Below are positions 1 through 9,794 of a stretch of DNA of 20,000 nt, piece by piece. The position numbers and the translations under genes were made by a program. A model generated the notes under the pieces. It ran no database searches and had not been told where the DNA came from. It saw nothing but the letters and a program-made list of their open reading frames with translations. Every line of letters starts with the position of its first letter. Position 1 is the stretch's first letter. Source of the stretch: an uncultured virus (IMG/VR IMGVR_UViG_3300037071_001584) (lineage: Duplodnaviria; Heunggongvirae; Uroviricota; Caudoviricetes; Crassvirales); IMG/VR virus record IMGVR_UViG_3300037071_001584, positions 58,776 through 78,775 of that record; one strand, given 5' to 3'.

Positions 1-607
1 ATCCAGCTACATCATTAAACGTAACTTCTGCAACAGTTATATCTCCAAATACAGGCAAAAACGTTCCTACAGGTGTGCTTCCTAAATTCAATCCACTAAA
101 TCCACCAACATTAAATACTTTGTTTACTGGACTAGTACCTGGAATTCCTTGTGGACCTATAGGTCCTTGTGGACCAGTAGCTCCTTGAGGCCCAGTTGCG
201 CCAGTATTACCAGTATCTCCTTTTGGTCCAGTCGCTCCAGATCCTGCAGGTCCAGTTGGCCCTGTTGGTCCTTGAATACCTTGAGGCCCTTGAGCGCCTG
301 TTGGTCCAGTTTGAGATGGAAAGAAATTGAATATTCTATTAGAATAGTCTATACCAAAAGAAGTTACTCCATCAGGATATGTAAAGTTAGTTGAACGTAG
401 CCCTACTTCAGCACCTACAACTTCTCTCCATTCCCATCTAGATTTCTCTTCTATACATAGCACAACTAATCCTTCAGGATATACATATGCTAAATTATCA
501 TTAACACCTAAATCTTTAAGTGCTGCTTCGCTTAATGAATACTCTTTTACACTCAGTGGTATTTGGTTCTGTGTTCTTAAGCCTAAAGGTATATTTGCGT
601 AATCCAT
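1..607 (-). CDS. Collagen-repeat fibre/structural protein; runs off the left edge; absent from the ORF track
   Basis: ATG at 607-605 overlaps the upstream stop (TAATG) and the frame is open to base 1: [18 protein letters not shown]...[21 protein letters not shown]...[19 protein letters not shown]... It lies downstream of the tail-hub genes. Confidence 0.85.
   Translation of the reverse strand, partial: MDYANIPLGLRTQNQIPLSVKEYSLSEAALKDLGVNDNLAYVYPEGLVVLCIEEKSRWEWREVVGAEVGLRSTNFTYPDGVTSFGIDYSNRIFNFFPSQTGPTGAQGPQGIQGPTGPTGPAGSGATGPKGDTGNTGATGPQGATGPQGPIGPQGIPGTSPVNKVFNVGGFSGLNLGSTPVGTFLPVFGDITVAEVTFNDVAG
131..307 (-). repeat. Gly-X-Y collagen-like repeat
   Basis: [59 protein letters not shown]: 7 triplets, a Gly-Ser break, then 12 triplets. 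Confidence 0.95.
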
Positions 608-1254
608 TATATTTGTTTTATTTTAAATTTCATAGTTCCAATAGAGTATAAATTATTACCAATAAATATTCTAGTTTTTAGTTCGTCATTATAATGAGAT
701 TGAAATCCTTCAGTTACATTATTTCCAAGAACATCATATATTTCGTATTCAGTATCTTCTTCTGAGCAGTTCAATGCGAATGCAATTAAACCTATATCTT
801 CATATACTATATCAATACCTTCAGCAAATACTTCTCTAGTTGCAGCATCTTTTGTTTCTAAGTAAGTGCCTGAAGCAACTAAATCAAGAATGTTTTGATA
901 GGTGATACCTAGAGACTCTTGCCAATATACTACAGAAGGAACTGGAAGAACAACAACTTGTTCATTCTTGTCTGCTACAACAAACTTAGTATCTAAATTA
1001 ACTGGGAATCCAGTAACTGTTTTTACTTTGCATATATATTTAGAATTATTATACAAAGTTATGTATAAGCATTCTAGTTGTTTTCTTTGTTTATTAGAGA
1101 TAGTGACATTGCATTCATTTAAAAGATTGAATATTAAGTTTAATACATATAAATCTTCTGATTCAAGTTTTCCGTTTAGTCTTGCTTGATTGTGTAGTTT
1201 TTTTAATGAAGCATTCAGAACTAACGCATGGTTGTTTTCTGTTATTTCTATCAT
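607..1254 (-). CDS. Structural protein, probable tail-hub (fibre cage) protein B-like with a C-terminal extension
   Basis: 215 aa, coupled to both neighbours by TAATG overlaps. Position and helical N-terminal half resemble the second crAss-like tail-hub protein (recalled similarity). Confidence 0.5.
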   Translation of the reverse strand: MIEITENNHALVLNASLKKLHNQARLNGKLESEDLYVLNLIFNLLNECNVTISNKQRKQLECLYITLYNNSKYICKVKTVTGFPVNLDTKFVVADKNEQVVVLPVPSVVYWQESLGITYQNILDLVASGTYLETKDAATREVFAEGIDIVYEDIGLIAFALNCSEEDTEYEIYDVLGNNVTEGFQSHYNDELKTRIFIGNNLYSIGTMKFKIKQI

Positions 1255-1835
1255 TACTCTATCTGTTTAAATCCGCCACATGTAGTGCATTTACTTGACT
1301 CACATGACACGCAATTATTATTTAGACTACAAAGCTTCTTCAGCATATTTATGTTGTTCATAGCGTCTGAATAGAAGCCTAATTCTATACTTTTAAGTGT
1401 TGCATCAATTAGTAATCCTACTTGAATTACTAAATTTGAATTTAAATTTGGTTGATAGTTTGTACAGTTAGCTGTATTAGCTTTCATAAATTCATTCAAC
1501 AAACATATGTAGTAATCGTATAAGTTATAAGTAATGGCCAATGCAGGAGAACCACATGTAGAACAGTTTTCTTCTGGAACATTATCAGTTATTTCAACGA
1601 ACCATAAGTCCTTGAAAAAGTCAGTTGATAACTCTGTATTCGTATATATAAGAACTTCTTTATTGTTAGTTCCTACAATTTTGTAAGAACCATCTATAGC
1701 TAGAGAATAGTCTTTAAAGGTATTCATGTTCCAGAATTTTATAGATACAATTTGATAACCTACTAATGTTTCTACATCTAAGGCTATTTGACTACCATCT
1801 TCTATTATTGAAAAGTTATTTACAATTATTGCCAT
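1254..1835 (-). CDS. Tail-hub (fibre cage) protein A-like, Cys-rich
   Basis: 193 aa. N-terminus IIVNNFSIIEDGSQIALDV resembles the crAss-like hub pattern (FNELRIxxDGxxLIIDV, recalled). It follows the auxiliary capsid gene and has a Cys-rich C-terminus. Confidence 0.65.
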   Translation of the reverse strand: MAIIVNNFSIIEDGSQIALDVETLVGYQIVSIKFWNMNTFKDYSLAIDGSYKIVGTNNKEVLIYTNTELSTDFFKDLWFVEITDNVPEENCSTCGSPALAITYNLYDYYICLLNEFMKANTANCTNYQPNLNSNLVIQVGLLIDATLKSIELGFYSDAMNNINMLKKLCSLNNNCVSCESSKCTTCGGFKQIE

Positions 1836-1852
1836 TTATATATTTTTTAGTC

Positions 1853-1885
1853 AAAAAAAAAGGAGAGGAAAAATATCCTCCCCTT
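1853..1885 (-). terminator. Intrinsic terminator after the auxiliary capsid gene
   Basis: Minus strand AAGGGGAGGA-tatttt-TCCTCTCCTT running into a T tract. Confidence 0.85.
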
Positions 1886-1906
1886 AATTTCATTAGGTTA
1901 TTGTTA

Positions 1907-2902
1907 TTACGGTGTTGGTGTTACAGGTACTGGAATTCTTCCATCAACTGCAGTAGCAATTTCTGCCAATATTAAGTCAGCAACTGTAGAAGAAATTCCA
2001 TCAGGAGTTTCAGCAAAAATTGTCAATACTTTGTATTGTCTTTCAACACTAGTCTCTTTACGCGGCATGTAGTAAATGATATTGATAGTATCATAAAATG
2101 CAGCCTTGTCTGCGTAATAAGGAGTATCAAAGTTTGCAGGATAACCTACTTCTCTTGCAGGATCATACTTGTATCCTTTAACGAACCATTCGTAGTTAAC
2201 TGCTTGTTTACCAGTTCCATTTCCAGGATTAGGTTGAACAGTAGTAGCTACTGTAAGTAATCCTAAGTTAACTGCAAGAGCAGTCAAACTATAAGCATTA
2301 CTAAATGATTTCCCAAGCGCACTAAATTCAATTTGTTTTCCGATAATTTTACCAGGAACAACGTCTTGATATTTACCAGTAACAGTGAATTGTGCTGCAC
2401 CTACTGTTGCTACTACAAACTCAGAGTTTCCTCTTTTAATTAAATTTTGATTCAAAGATAGAACTAGTCCATCACGAATTGTAGTAGTAGTGTCTCCAGC
2501 TCCTGACACATAAAATCCTTGGATAACTGCAAAGTTTTCAGGAGACAATGATCCACCATCATTATATAAAACAATCTCTGCTTCATATGTAACTTCTGGT
2601 GTTGCTGTAACAACTGTATAGGTTACTTGCTTTTGTACTTCAGCCACATAGTTATGTGCTGTAACTTTTTCTATATACTGTGAATAGATAGTATCTGAGA
2701 ATTCAAAATTTAAATTCTTTACAGGATCACCTGCGGTTCCCTGATAAAATTTAATAGTAGAATTTGCAGTTACTGGAGATCCAGATGCAGAAAAGGCTTG
2801 AATATATCCAGGTAAGGCGTTAATTAAAAAGGCCTGTAAGTTTACGGCTCCAGCATATGTATCCCCAATTATAACTTCGCCAACTTGATTTGGTCCAAAC
2901 AT
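1907..2902 (-). CDS. Auxiliary capsid (decoration) protein, crAss-like
   Basis: 331 aa, beta-rich and T/V/A/G-rich. N-terminal FGPNQV and GNGTGKQAVNYEWF...YDTINI segment match the recalled family pattern. Synteny after capsid and ring genes. Confidence 0.7.
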   Translation of the reverse strand: MFGPNQVGEVIIGDTYAGAVNLQAFLINALPGYIQAFSASGSPVTANSTIKFYQGTAGDPVKNLNFEFSDTIYSQYIEKVTAHNYVAEVQKQVTYTVVTATPEVTYEAEIVLYNDGGSLSPENFAVIQGFYVSGAGDTTTTIRDGLVLSLNQNLIKRGNSEFVVATVGAAQFTVTGKYQDVVPGKIIGKQIEFSALGKSFSNAYSLTALAVNLGLLTVATTVQPNPGNGTGKQAVNYEWFVKGYKYDPAREVGYPANFDTPYYADKAAFYDTINIIYYMPRKETSVERQYKVLTIFAETPDGISSTVADLILAEIATAVDGRIPVPVTPTP

Positions 2903-2930
2903 AATTTATTTTGTTTTAATTTTATTATTA

Positions 2931-3668
2931 TTACTCATTTCTTTGATCGAGTTGAATCTTTGATTCAAGGTTCGAAGGTTTATAATCTCTTAAGGCCAGT
3001 TCTACTGCCCTGTCTAAAATTTCTCTATGAATTTCTTCATTGAGTTCACATGGAGTTTCTGCAGTTATATTATCAATTGAAAGTCCTTCATCTGGGAATG
3101 CCGCTTCTAGATCTGTTAAAACTATTGGCATTGGATACTTTATGTATCTGACCTTATACTCTACAATATTGTAAGGACTTATTAATTCAACAACTTTTTT
3201 GTTACTTAATTCAGAATAGTCCATTCTCCAAACATGTTCTTGATCAGGTCTTTTAAATGGGTTTTTAATATTCGTATTAAATTCATCATGTGTTTTAGGA
3301 TATACATCAATGTATTTCCCATTCAAACAATCGTCAGTAGATACTTTTGCTAGCTCTTGCACAATTACAAATACATTATTTGGTATTCCGAAAAACTGTG
3401 ATTCTGGTACTATACCTAGTGTGCTGATAAGCTTATCAATAGATGCATAGGCAACCAATAACTCTCTTAGATCATTTCTTCTTTTTTCTGAATTTTCAAA
3501 TCCGTCTCTATATTTATTTCCTAAAGGATTATAATAGTTCTTTACTAACTCTAATTGCGCTTTAGTTAAGAATACACTAATCTCATAGTCATCTAGGCCT
3601 GGAGCACTATTAGTCGCAATCGCATTATAATGAATAAGAAACTCATTTTTTAACTCAGAATTTGTCAT
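2931..3668 (-). CDS. Tail ring (head-tail connector) protein, crAss-like
   Basis: 245 aa with MTNxE...YNAIATNSAPGLDDYEISVFLTKAQ, FENSEKRR, RYIKYP and CELNEEIHREILDRAVELA, typical of this crAss-like family. Confidence 0.8.
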   Translation of the reverse strand: MTNSELKNEFLIHYNAIATNSAPGLDDYEISVFLTKAQLELVKNYYNPLGNKYRDGFENSEKRRNDLRELLVAYASIDKLISTLGIVPESQFFGIPNNVFVIVQELAKVSTDDCLNGKYIDVYPKTHDEFNTNIKNPFKRPDQEHVWRMDYSELSNKKVVELISPYNIVEYKVRYIKYPMPIVLTDLEAAFPDEGLSIDNITAETPCELNEEIHREILDRAVELALRDYKPSNLESKIQLDQRNE

Positions 3669-3670
3669 AT

Positions 3671-4534
3671 TTATTTAGCGTTTAAAATTTTAGCTTCTAT
3701 AAAGCCTCTAACGTCTTGATGCTTTGGATTATCTAAATAATTAATGGCATTATCAAATGTAGCAACTTGACTATTTTCACATAAATCTAATCCATCTTCA
3801 GTTTTGTATTTGTTACCATGTTTGATAATAATACCTTTCTCTTCAGCTGTATGTAGTAATAATTTAGTTTCAAATTTAGTGTCATTCAACAATGCAATAA
3901 ATCCTGCTGGTTTAGTATCAATAAATTCTTCAACTTTAGTTTGTAACCATTTTAAAGGCGATTCTTTTGATATAGGTTTGTTTGTTAACAATTTCAATAT
4001 ACCAACAAGCTTTTCTCTATCATCCTCGATTTTACCATAAAGTTTAAAAGCATTTTTCTTATTGTCATAACCAACTTTCTTTTCAGTTATTTCTTCATCT
4101 GGTGTAGTTATTACAAAACGATATGTTTGTTTGTCATTTCTCTCTGCCCATGATTGAGCAATATCATCTTTCAAGAACAACATAATCTTATAAGATATGT
4201 AATCCAGTGGATTACCTAGATTAAATCTATTGTCATCTTTATATAAAGATACGAAATGTTCATTCCAGAACTCTCCATAAACAGACAAGTCTAACCCTGT
4301 TAACTCTTCGATTGCGGCTTTCTCTTCTTTAGTAAGAACATTTGCAATTGAACCATTTCTTAACAGAGGTGCTTGATATTTATTTACAGCTCCTTCTAAC
4401 ATACCACCTGCAATAACGTGATCATCATTCACGCTAGATGCCATTCCTTGTCGTCTTTTAATAAACTTAACTACAATCTCTTTTTGAGGTAATTCAAATT
4501 TATCTAAGACTTCTTCTTTTGCTTCTCTTCCCAT
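3671..4534 (-). CDS. Conserved crAss-like capsid-module protein immediately downstream of the capsid gene; function unknown
   Basis: 287 aa ORF with FW..., LGNPLDYISYKI and AINYLDNPKHQD motifs; conserved synteny. Confidence 0.7.
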   Translation of the reverse strand: MGREAKEEVLDKFELPQKEIVVKFIKRRQGMASSVNDDHVIAGGMLEGAVNKYQAPLLRNGSIANVLTKEEKAAIEELTGLDLSVYGEFWNEHFVSLYKDDNRFNLGNPLDYISYKIMLFLKDDIAQSWAERNDKQTYRFVITTPDEEITEKKVGYDNKKNAFKLYGKIEDDREKLVGILKLLTNKPISKESPLKWLQTKVEEFIDTKPAGFIALLNDTKFETKLLLHTAEEKGIIIKHGNKYKTEDGLDLCENSQVATFDNAINYLDNPKHQDVRGFIEAKILNAK

Positions 4535-4547
4535 TTTCTCCCTATTT

Positions 4548-4571
4548 AAGAAAAGGGGAATTGCTTCCCCT
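4548..4571 (-). terminator. Intrinsic terminator after the major capsid gene
   Basis: Minus strand GGGGAA-GCAA-TTCCCC (GNRA loop) followed by TTTTCTT. Confidence 0.85.
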
Positions 4572-4584
4572 AATCAATTTATTA

Positions 4585-6087
4585 TTATCCTAAAATTGTT
4601 GGTTTCAATGTAAGAGTTCTTGATGGATCTTTTACCATTGCACCTGTACCACACATTGCTGTCATAGTAGCAGAATCTTCCATTAATTGCATAATTCCAC
4701 CTCTACGTCCAGAGAATGGATCTCTAATACCCGCCATGTACCCACGTAACTCATCGTCACCACGTACTTTAATTTTCTGGATATTAGGTTCTTCCATTGA
4801 GCCGATATACAAGATGTCATATCTGTAAGATTCAGCTACACCTCCGTCTGGGTGAAGGATTTTATTACGAACTTTATCATCATACATTGGATCAACTTCC
4901 AACATTACGTGAATGTTATTAGGAGCTCTCCATTCTACGAATTGGAACCCTGCAATAAATGCGTTATCGTTAAATTTAGAAGAAACTTTTCCGATTGCAT
5001 TTTGATTTGTGTTATCGAACAATTCTTTCCAACCAGATGCTGCTTGTGTTGCTGCTCTATTGAATTGAGCTGCTCCACGTTCTCCAGTTCTCATCATGAA
5101 CTTTCTTTCACTGAAATCTAACTTACCTTCTGACAACTCAGACAATACATCTTCTAAAAGACGAATTGTAAATTTGTTGTAAGAGATAGTGTTAGATACC
5201 TCCATTTGTTCACGAATTCCAGAACCTGCTTTAATCTCGATATTAGAATTACCTTTGTTCAAGTAACGTCCTTTTTCATCACGGTTAGTTCTACCAAACA
5301 TAATAGTACGTGATTTAATTCTTGAGAATGCTTTTTCAAACTGCCAATATACTTCTTGCATCCAAGTAGTAGATTTGTGAACTTTTCCTGTATTAGGATT
5401 ACGTGTCTCAATACCTGCAAAATATACAGGCTCTACTTTACAATCAATCATTGCTCCAGACACTTTATGTTCCATACGTAATGTAGAAACTGAGTTTCTC
5501 ATTAAGTAAGGAGAAGTGAACTGGATTCCAGCACCTTGAATAGACAACTCGTCTTCAGCATAAGCAGACTCGATAGAGAATCTGTTACCTGGAGTGAACT
5601 CGTCAAATGGAATACCTGCTAAGGATTCTTGACCACCCCACACTTCACAGGTATATGTATAACTAGTTCCGTTTTCATATGGCTCTTCTAAAATTCTTAC
5701 CTGATAAGTGTCAGGTCTTGGACCTGCAATTACATGCATTTTAGTAAACCATTTTTCAGCGAAAGTCAATTGGAATTGAGTACGACCAGCACCTACATTC
5801 CCTGTTATAACATTTACACCATCAACTTGTGCGTAGCCAGCGATAGGGATGTTTCTCTCATCACTACCAACTACTTTCCATACAAAATCATCTGCTGTAT
5901 TTAATACTTTCTCAGGGAACAAAGACAAGGTTGTGTCAAGGTTTTTCATCCCTGAGTTTTGTAGCAATACAGTTGTCAATGGAGAAATCAATTGTGGTTG
6001 TGTACCAAAAATTGCTCCAATGTGATTTTTTAATGTAAGGCCAGACCATGCCTTGCCTTTAATCATTACAAACTTGCCTAAACTCAT
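4585..6087 (-). CDS. Major capsid protein, crAss-like
   Basis: 500 aa with WSGLTLKNHIG, IKAGSGIREQ, TGERGAAQF and HPDGGVAESYRYDI. Order is terminase-portal-scaffold-capsid, and a terminator follows. Confidence 0.92.
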   Translation of the reverse strand: MSLGKFVMIKGKAWSGLTLKNHIGAIFGTQPQLISPLTTVLLQNSGMKNLDTTLSLFPEKVLNTADDFVWKVVGSDERNIPIAGYAQVDGVNVITGNVGAGRTQFQLTFAEKWFTKMHVIAGPRPDTYQVRILEEPYENGTSYTYTCEVWGGQESLAGIPFDEFTPGNRFSIESAYAEDELSIQGAGIQFTSPYLMRNSVSTLRMEHKVSGAMIDCKVEPVYFAGIETRNPNTGKVHKSTTWMQEVYWQFEKAFSRIKSRTIMFGRTNRDEKGRYLNKGNSNIEIKAGSGIREQMEVSNTISYNKFTIRLLEDVLSELSEGKLDFSERKFMMRTGERGAAQFNRAATQAASGWKELFDNTNQNAIGKVSSKFNDNAFIAGFQFVEWRAPNNIHVMLEVDPMYDDKVRNKILHPDGGVAESYRYDILYIGSMEEPNIQKIKVRGDDELRGYMAGIRDPFSGRRGGIMQLMEDSATMTAMCGTGAMVKDPSRTLTLKPTILG

Positions 6088-6115
6088 TTAATTTTAATTT
6101 TAATTTATTATTTAT

Positions 6116-7171
6116 TTATAACACTAATTCAGAACCAAAGGAACCTCCGTAACTATTAGGATCAGTCATAAAGTCTGGCGTTTTACCATCACCTTCAAAA
6201 CTAGTCTTACGTAAAGCTTTCTCTAAATTCTTCGTTGCCTTAGATGTAACAGTGGTTTGAAACTTACCTAAATCAGTAAATCCATTAGTCAGCTCATAAA
6301 AGTAATACATCTTAGTATCAAATTTAATTGGATCTAATGAACGTTCTTTCATTAACTTATTCTCAAGTTCACCTGTATTTGGATTCTTACTTACAATCTC
6401 AGTCATACTCTTATATACAGCAGTCTGCATTGCTTTAGTGTTAGGAATCCCCTTAACTATTTCAGGAGAGTCAAAGATATAACCTTTGATAGCCTTGTCG
6501 ATTTGTTCTTGCTCTAGTCTAGCATCTTTAATAGATTGCTCATAACGAGATCTTTCGTACTCCTCTTGTCGTCTTTCAAATTCTTTTAAACTCTCTCTAG
6601 ATTCAAGTGCGTCCTCTACTATAGTATCTTCACCTAAATCAATTGTTTTCTTAAGTATCTTTCTTGCTCTATCTTCAGATAGACCTTGGTTCATTGCGTC
6701 TCTAAATATAATCTCTTTAGCTACTTCTAGATTGTTTCTAAGGAAATCCTCATCTATACTATCTAACTCCATTACATTTCTTCGAGACTCTGCAATCTTA
6801 CTTACATCAAGGTTATCTAGATATTCATTTAATCTATTCTGAGCCTGAATATCAATCTCTTGTTTAACAACTCCAACTAAATCGTCAGGTGTTAATATTT
6901 TATCAGAAGACTCTAGTGAAGGAATAATTCCTTGTTCAAAAAGAACATTGGCTAGGGAAGAATAAAGGTTGGGAGAAGATTCATCGCCTGAATCATCCTC
7001 TTCACTATCATCGCCTTCTTCCCCATCTACGTTCTCCGGATTTTCCTCCTCGACAGGTTCATTATCATTAATTATATCATCGTCTTGTTCTTCGACATCA
7101 TCGTCAAAGCCGTCGTAACTTAGTTCCATACCAGAACCAAATATTGACATTAAATCGTCATTCTCTTCCAT
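6116..7171 (-). CDS. Putative capsid scaffolding protein
   Basis: 351 aa with a very acidic N-terminus and coiled-coil middle, between portal and capsid genes. Confidence 0.65.
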   Translation of the reverse strand: MEENDDLMSIFGSGMELSYDGFDDDVEEQDDDIINDNEPVEEENPENVDGEEGDDSEEDDSGDESSPNLYSSLANVLFEQGIIPSLESSDKILTPDDLVGVVKQEIDIQAQNRLNEYLDNLDVSKIAESRRNVMELDSIDEDFLRNNLEVAKEIIFRDAMNQGLSEDRARKILKKTIDLGEDTIVEDALESRESLKEFERRQEEYERSRYEQSIKDARLEQEQIDKAIKGYIFDSPEIVKGIPNTKAMQTAVYKSMTEIVSKNPNTGELENKLMKERSLDPIKFDTKMYYFYELTNGFTDLGKFQTTVTSKATKNLEKALRKTSFEGDGKTPDFMTDPNSYGGSFGSELVL

Positions 7172-7197
7172 AATTCTCCCATTTATTATAAAGTTAG

Positions 7198-7229
7198 CAA
7201 ATATAACATAAAACTATTTTTTTTCCAAA
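7198..7229 (-). promoter_or_regulatory. Bacteroidota sigma70-type promoter for scaffold/capsid genes
   Basis: Minus strand TTTG (7229-7226), 20-nt spacer, TATATTTG (7205-7198); fits the -33 TTTG / -7 TAnnTTTG consensus. Confidence 0.8.
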
Positions 7230-7258
7230 CAAAATCACAAATATTTTGATAAATTTGA

Positions 7259-7277
7259 TATTAAGTAATAGCTTTTA
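7259..7277. promoter_or_regulatory. 19-bp upstream box, copy 1
   Basis: TATTAAGTAATAGCTTTTA; near-identical copies at 9776 and 19063. Confidence 0.75.
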
Positions 7278-9683
7278 TTTAGTTGTGGTTTTCTTCTTGA
7301 TTCTAGATATGGAGTTAGATTCTTTTTTAAGCACTACATCGTCTGCATGTTTCTTCATGTCATTGTCTAATGCTTTCATTTTAAGAATGTAATCATCTCT
7401 TCTTTTTTGAACATCTAAATCAAACTTGTCTCTAGCAAGAGGATCTTCAATACCATCTTCGGCTTCAACTTCACCATCACCTACTGAAGCACTAAGTTCA
7501 GCTATATAACGTTTAGTATCATTATCTCTTTGATTAAGCATATCTTCTTGTTGCATTTTTTTATTCTCTAGATCAGCTTGTTGAGCCATTGCAGCTTGTT
7601 GGTCTTTAGATTGTTGTTGAGAAGCTTCTTGTGCTCTTTGATGTTGCAACTCTTCTGCTTCCTCTAATCTTCTTCTCATGTCCATTAATGAAGGGCTAAA
7701 GTAAATATCCATAATAGTAGACATGCTTCCGCCATTTTGAACGAATGCTTGTGCGCTTTGCTTAATGAATTGTTCAAGCTCTTGTGTTTTACTAGAATTG
7801 GTACAAACTATCCCATAGTCATTTTCAGAGAACTCATCTCCTTCTAAATTAAGAATTTGAATAGACTGATCATCTAGAATGTATTGGACTTTCTTATTGT
7901 TACCTTTCAATGCTATCTTAGCTGTCTCAAGGAATGTTTCAAGTACTCTTAACTTACACTCTTCATGTAACATAAACCAATACTCTGTAATATGGCTAGA
8001 CTGATTAACAGATCTTTCTACACCACCTACAGTCTCTCTATTACTAATTTGACCTTGACGTTGCGCTGTAACACCAGCAATCTCACCCATCTCCATTTTA
8101 ATAAACTCAAGCAATTGAATGTGTTGTTGAATGTAAGAACCTGTCTCCATATCTATTACACGTCCACCTTGAGTATTCATAGAACCAGCAAGCTTACCTG
8201 TAGCGGCACCTTGATTTCCCTCTTTAAACGAGTCGATCACAGCAATCTTATTTACGACTGCGAAGTGCATCCATTTATCAATCTCCCAGTTCTCAGGTAC
8301 CTTAGCGATGTCTAATTCAAAGATCTTACCGTAGTTAGAAGCAATAGCCTTATTAAGTCTATCCCAAATAACATCATACATGTATTGGTAATTCTTACAT
8401 CTATCTACTAGAGATACTGCTTTAGATTGATTAGTATTGTAAATCTGTCCTACAATCCCAGGACTACATATTGATGGATTGTTTATTCTATTATATTGAA
8501 CTTTACGTGGTTTAACATTTAGATAAATATCTTTACCTATCTTAACACCTTCCCACCATTCATTCACCCATAGCTTCTCAACTTCTTCTCCTAATGTTGG
8601 ATCTGGTATATATTCTTCTGATGCAATTTTAGATTGCTCATTACCATACTCATCATAGAATTTAACTTTCTTAATCTGTTTAATTGATTTCCAGAACACT
8701 TTTAATACACGTATGTTGCCTGTATCATCTGTATAGTTAGATCCAAAGAAGTGACCATTAAGTTCAGCTAAGTTAAAGATTGTGTCATACATTCCTTCTA
8801 CGCCAGTATTCAATGCATCACGTAACAATACGTGGTTGTTCTGATCATCTGAATAACTTCCTTTAGATGAAGTTGTAGAATACTCTAAGATATAATCTAT
8901 ATCCTCAGGTTTCAATTCATCATGATAGTTATCTATAATCTTATTAGGAGACCAGTGATCTTGTATAATAATAATAGAAGAGTCTTCTATTCTGTCTGAA
9001 TTACCTGATCTAACTGAGTGAACCTTAAGTGGATTAAGTTTAATAAGAACAGGTTCGTCTTGAACTATATCACATTGATAGATCTCTTCAGCAAAGATTA
9101 AAGCATCTTTAAATCCATCATTAAATGTTCTTGCGAATCGTTGTTCTTGGTAATAGTGTCTTATAATTTGATTTGCTGTCTTCTCTCTAATGTCTTGCCA
9201 AGTATACTTCATATGCTTACCAAGTTCTTCCATCTTAGCCTTTAACTCATCATCTTGATAGTTGGCTTCAAAGAACTCTTGCATCCTTTGTAAGAGAAAA
9301 GCTTTCTTGTCTTCCTCTTTCTTAGATATAGCATCTGGATTTGTAACTACAAAAGACCAATCAAATCTTCTTTTAATTTCCTCACCTACTAATAGATCTA
9401 TCTTAGGTACTAATATAGGATTGTGAGGCAAATTATCTGGTACGAAACTAGCATCTATCTGATGTGGATTAACCACATTAGTTAAATCTCTAATGTCAAC
9501 AATACCATTATATAAATTAAGGTTTATAATTTTGTTTTGCAAACTCTTTCTAACCCTTTCATTATTGTAGAATGAGTGTCTGTCTGCATAGTCAATGTTA
9601 CTGATCCTCCATTCCTTAGTCTTCTCCTTGTAAGGAAGACGCTGTCTAGGCATTATCAGACTATTAATCATTGGTACTGGCAT
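7275..9683 (-). CDS. Portal protein, crAss-like
   Basis: 802 aa with PKIDLLVGEEIKR, WVNEWWEGVKIG and GVTAQRQGQISNRETVGGVERSV; directly after the large terminase. Confidence 0.92.
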   Translation of the reverse strand: MPVPMINSLIMPRQRLPYKEKTKEWRISNIDYADRHSFYNNERVRKSLQNKIINLNLYNGIVDIRDLTNVVNPHQIDASFVPDNLPHNPILVPKIDLLVGEEIKRRFDWSFVVTNPDAISKKEEDKKAFLLQRMQEFFEANYQDDELKAKMEELGKHMKYTWQDIREKTANQIIRHYYQEQRFARTFNDGFKDALIFAEEIYQCDIVQDEPVLIKLNPLKVHSVRSGNSDRIEDSSIIIIQDHWSPNKIIDNYHDELKPEDIDYILEYSTTSSKGSYSDDQNNHVLLRDALNTGVEGMYDTIFNLAELNGHFFGSNYTDDTGNIRVLKVFWKSIKQIKKVKFYDEYGNEQSKIASEEYIPDPTLGEEVEKLWVNEWWEGVKIGKDIYLNVKPRKVQYNRINNPSICSPGIVGQIYNTNQSKAVSLVDRCKNYQYMYDVIWDRLNKAIASNYGKIFELDIAKVPENWEIDKWMHFAVVNKIAVIDSFKEGNQGAATGKLAGSMNTQGGRVIDMETGSYIQQHIQLLEFIKMEMGEIAGVTAQRQGQISNRETVGGVERSVNQSSHITEYWFMLHEECKLRVLETFLETAKIALKGNNKKVQYILDDQSIQILNLEGDEFSENDYGIVCTNSSKTQELEQFIKQSAQAFVQNGGSMSTIMDIYFSPSLMDMRRRLEEAEELQHQRAQEASQQQSKDQQAAMAQQADLENKKMQQEDMLNQRDNDTKRYIAELSASVGDGEVEAEDGIEDPLARDKFDLDVQKRRDDYILKMKALDNDMKKHADDVVLKKESNSISRIKKKTTTK

Positions 9684-9714
9684 ATCAATAAATTTATTTA
9701 ATTAATTTAACCCG

Positions 9715-9746
9715 CAAATATAATACATTTTTCTTCTAAATGCAAA
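9715..9746 (-). promoter_or_regulatory. Bacteroidota-type promoter for the portal gene
   Basis: Minus strand TTTG (9746-9743), 20-nt spacer, TATATTTG (9722-9715). Confidence 0.8.
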
Positions 9747-9775
9747 CTATTATTGGGTTATTATCAAAATGTTAA

Positions 9776-9794
9776 TATTAAGTAATAGCTATTA
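9776..9794. promoter_or_regulatory. 19-bp upstream box, copy 2
   Basis: TATTAAGTAATAGCTATTA. Confidence 0.75.
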
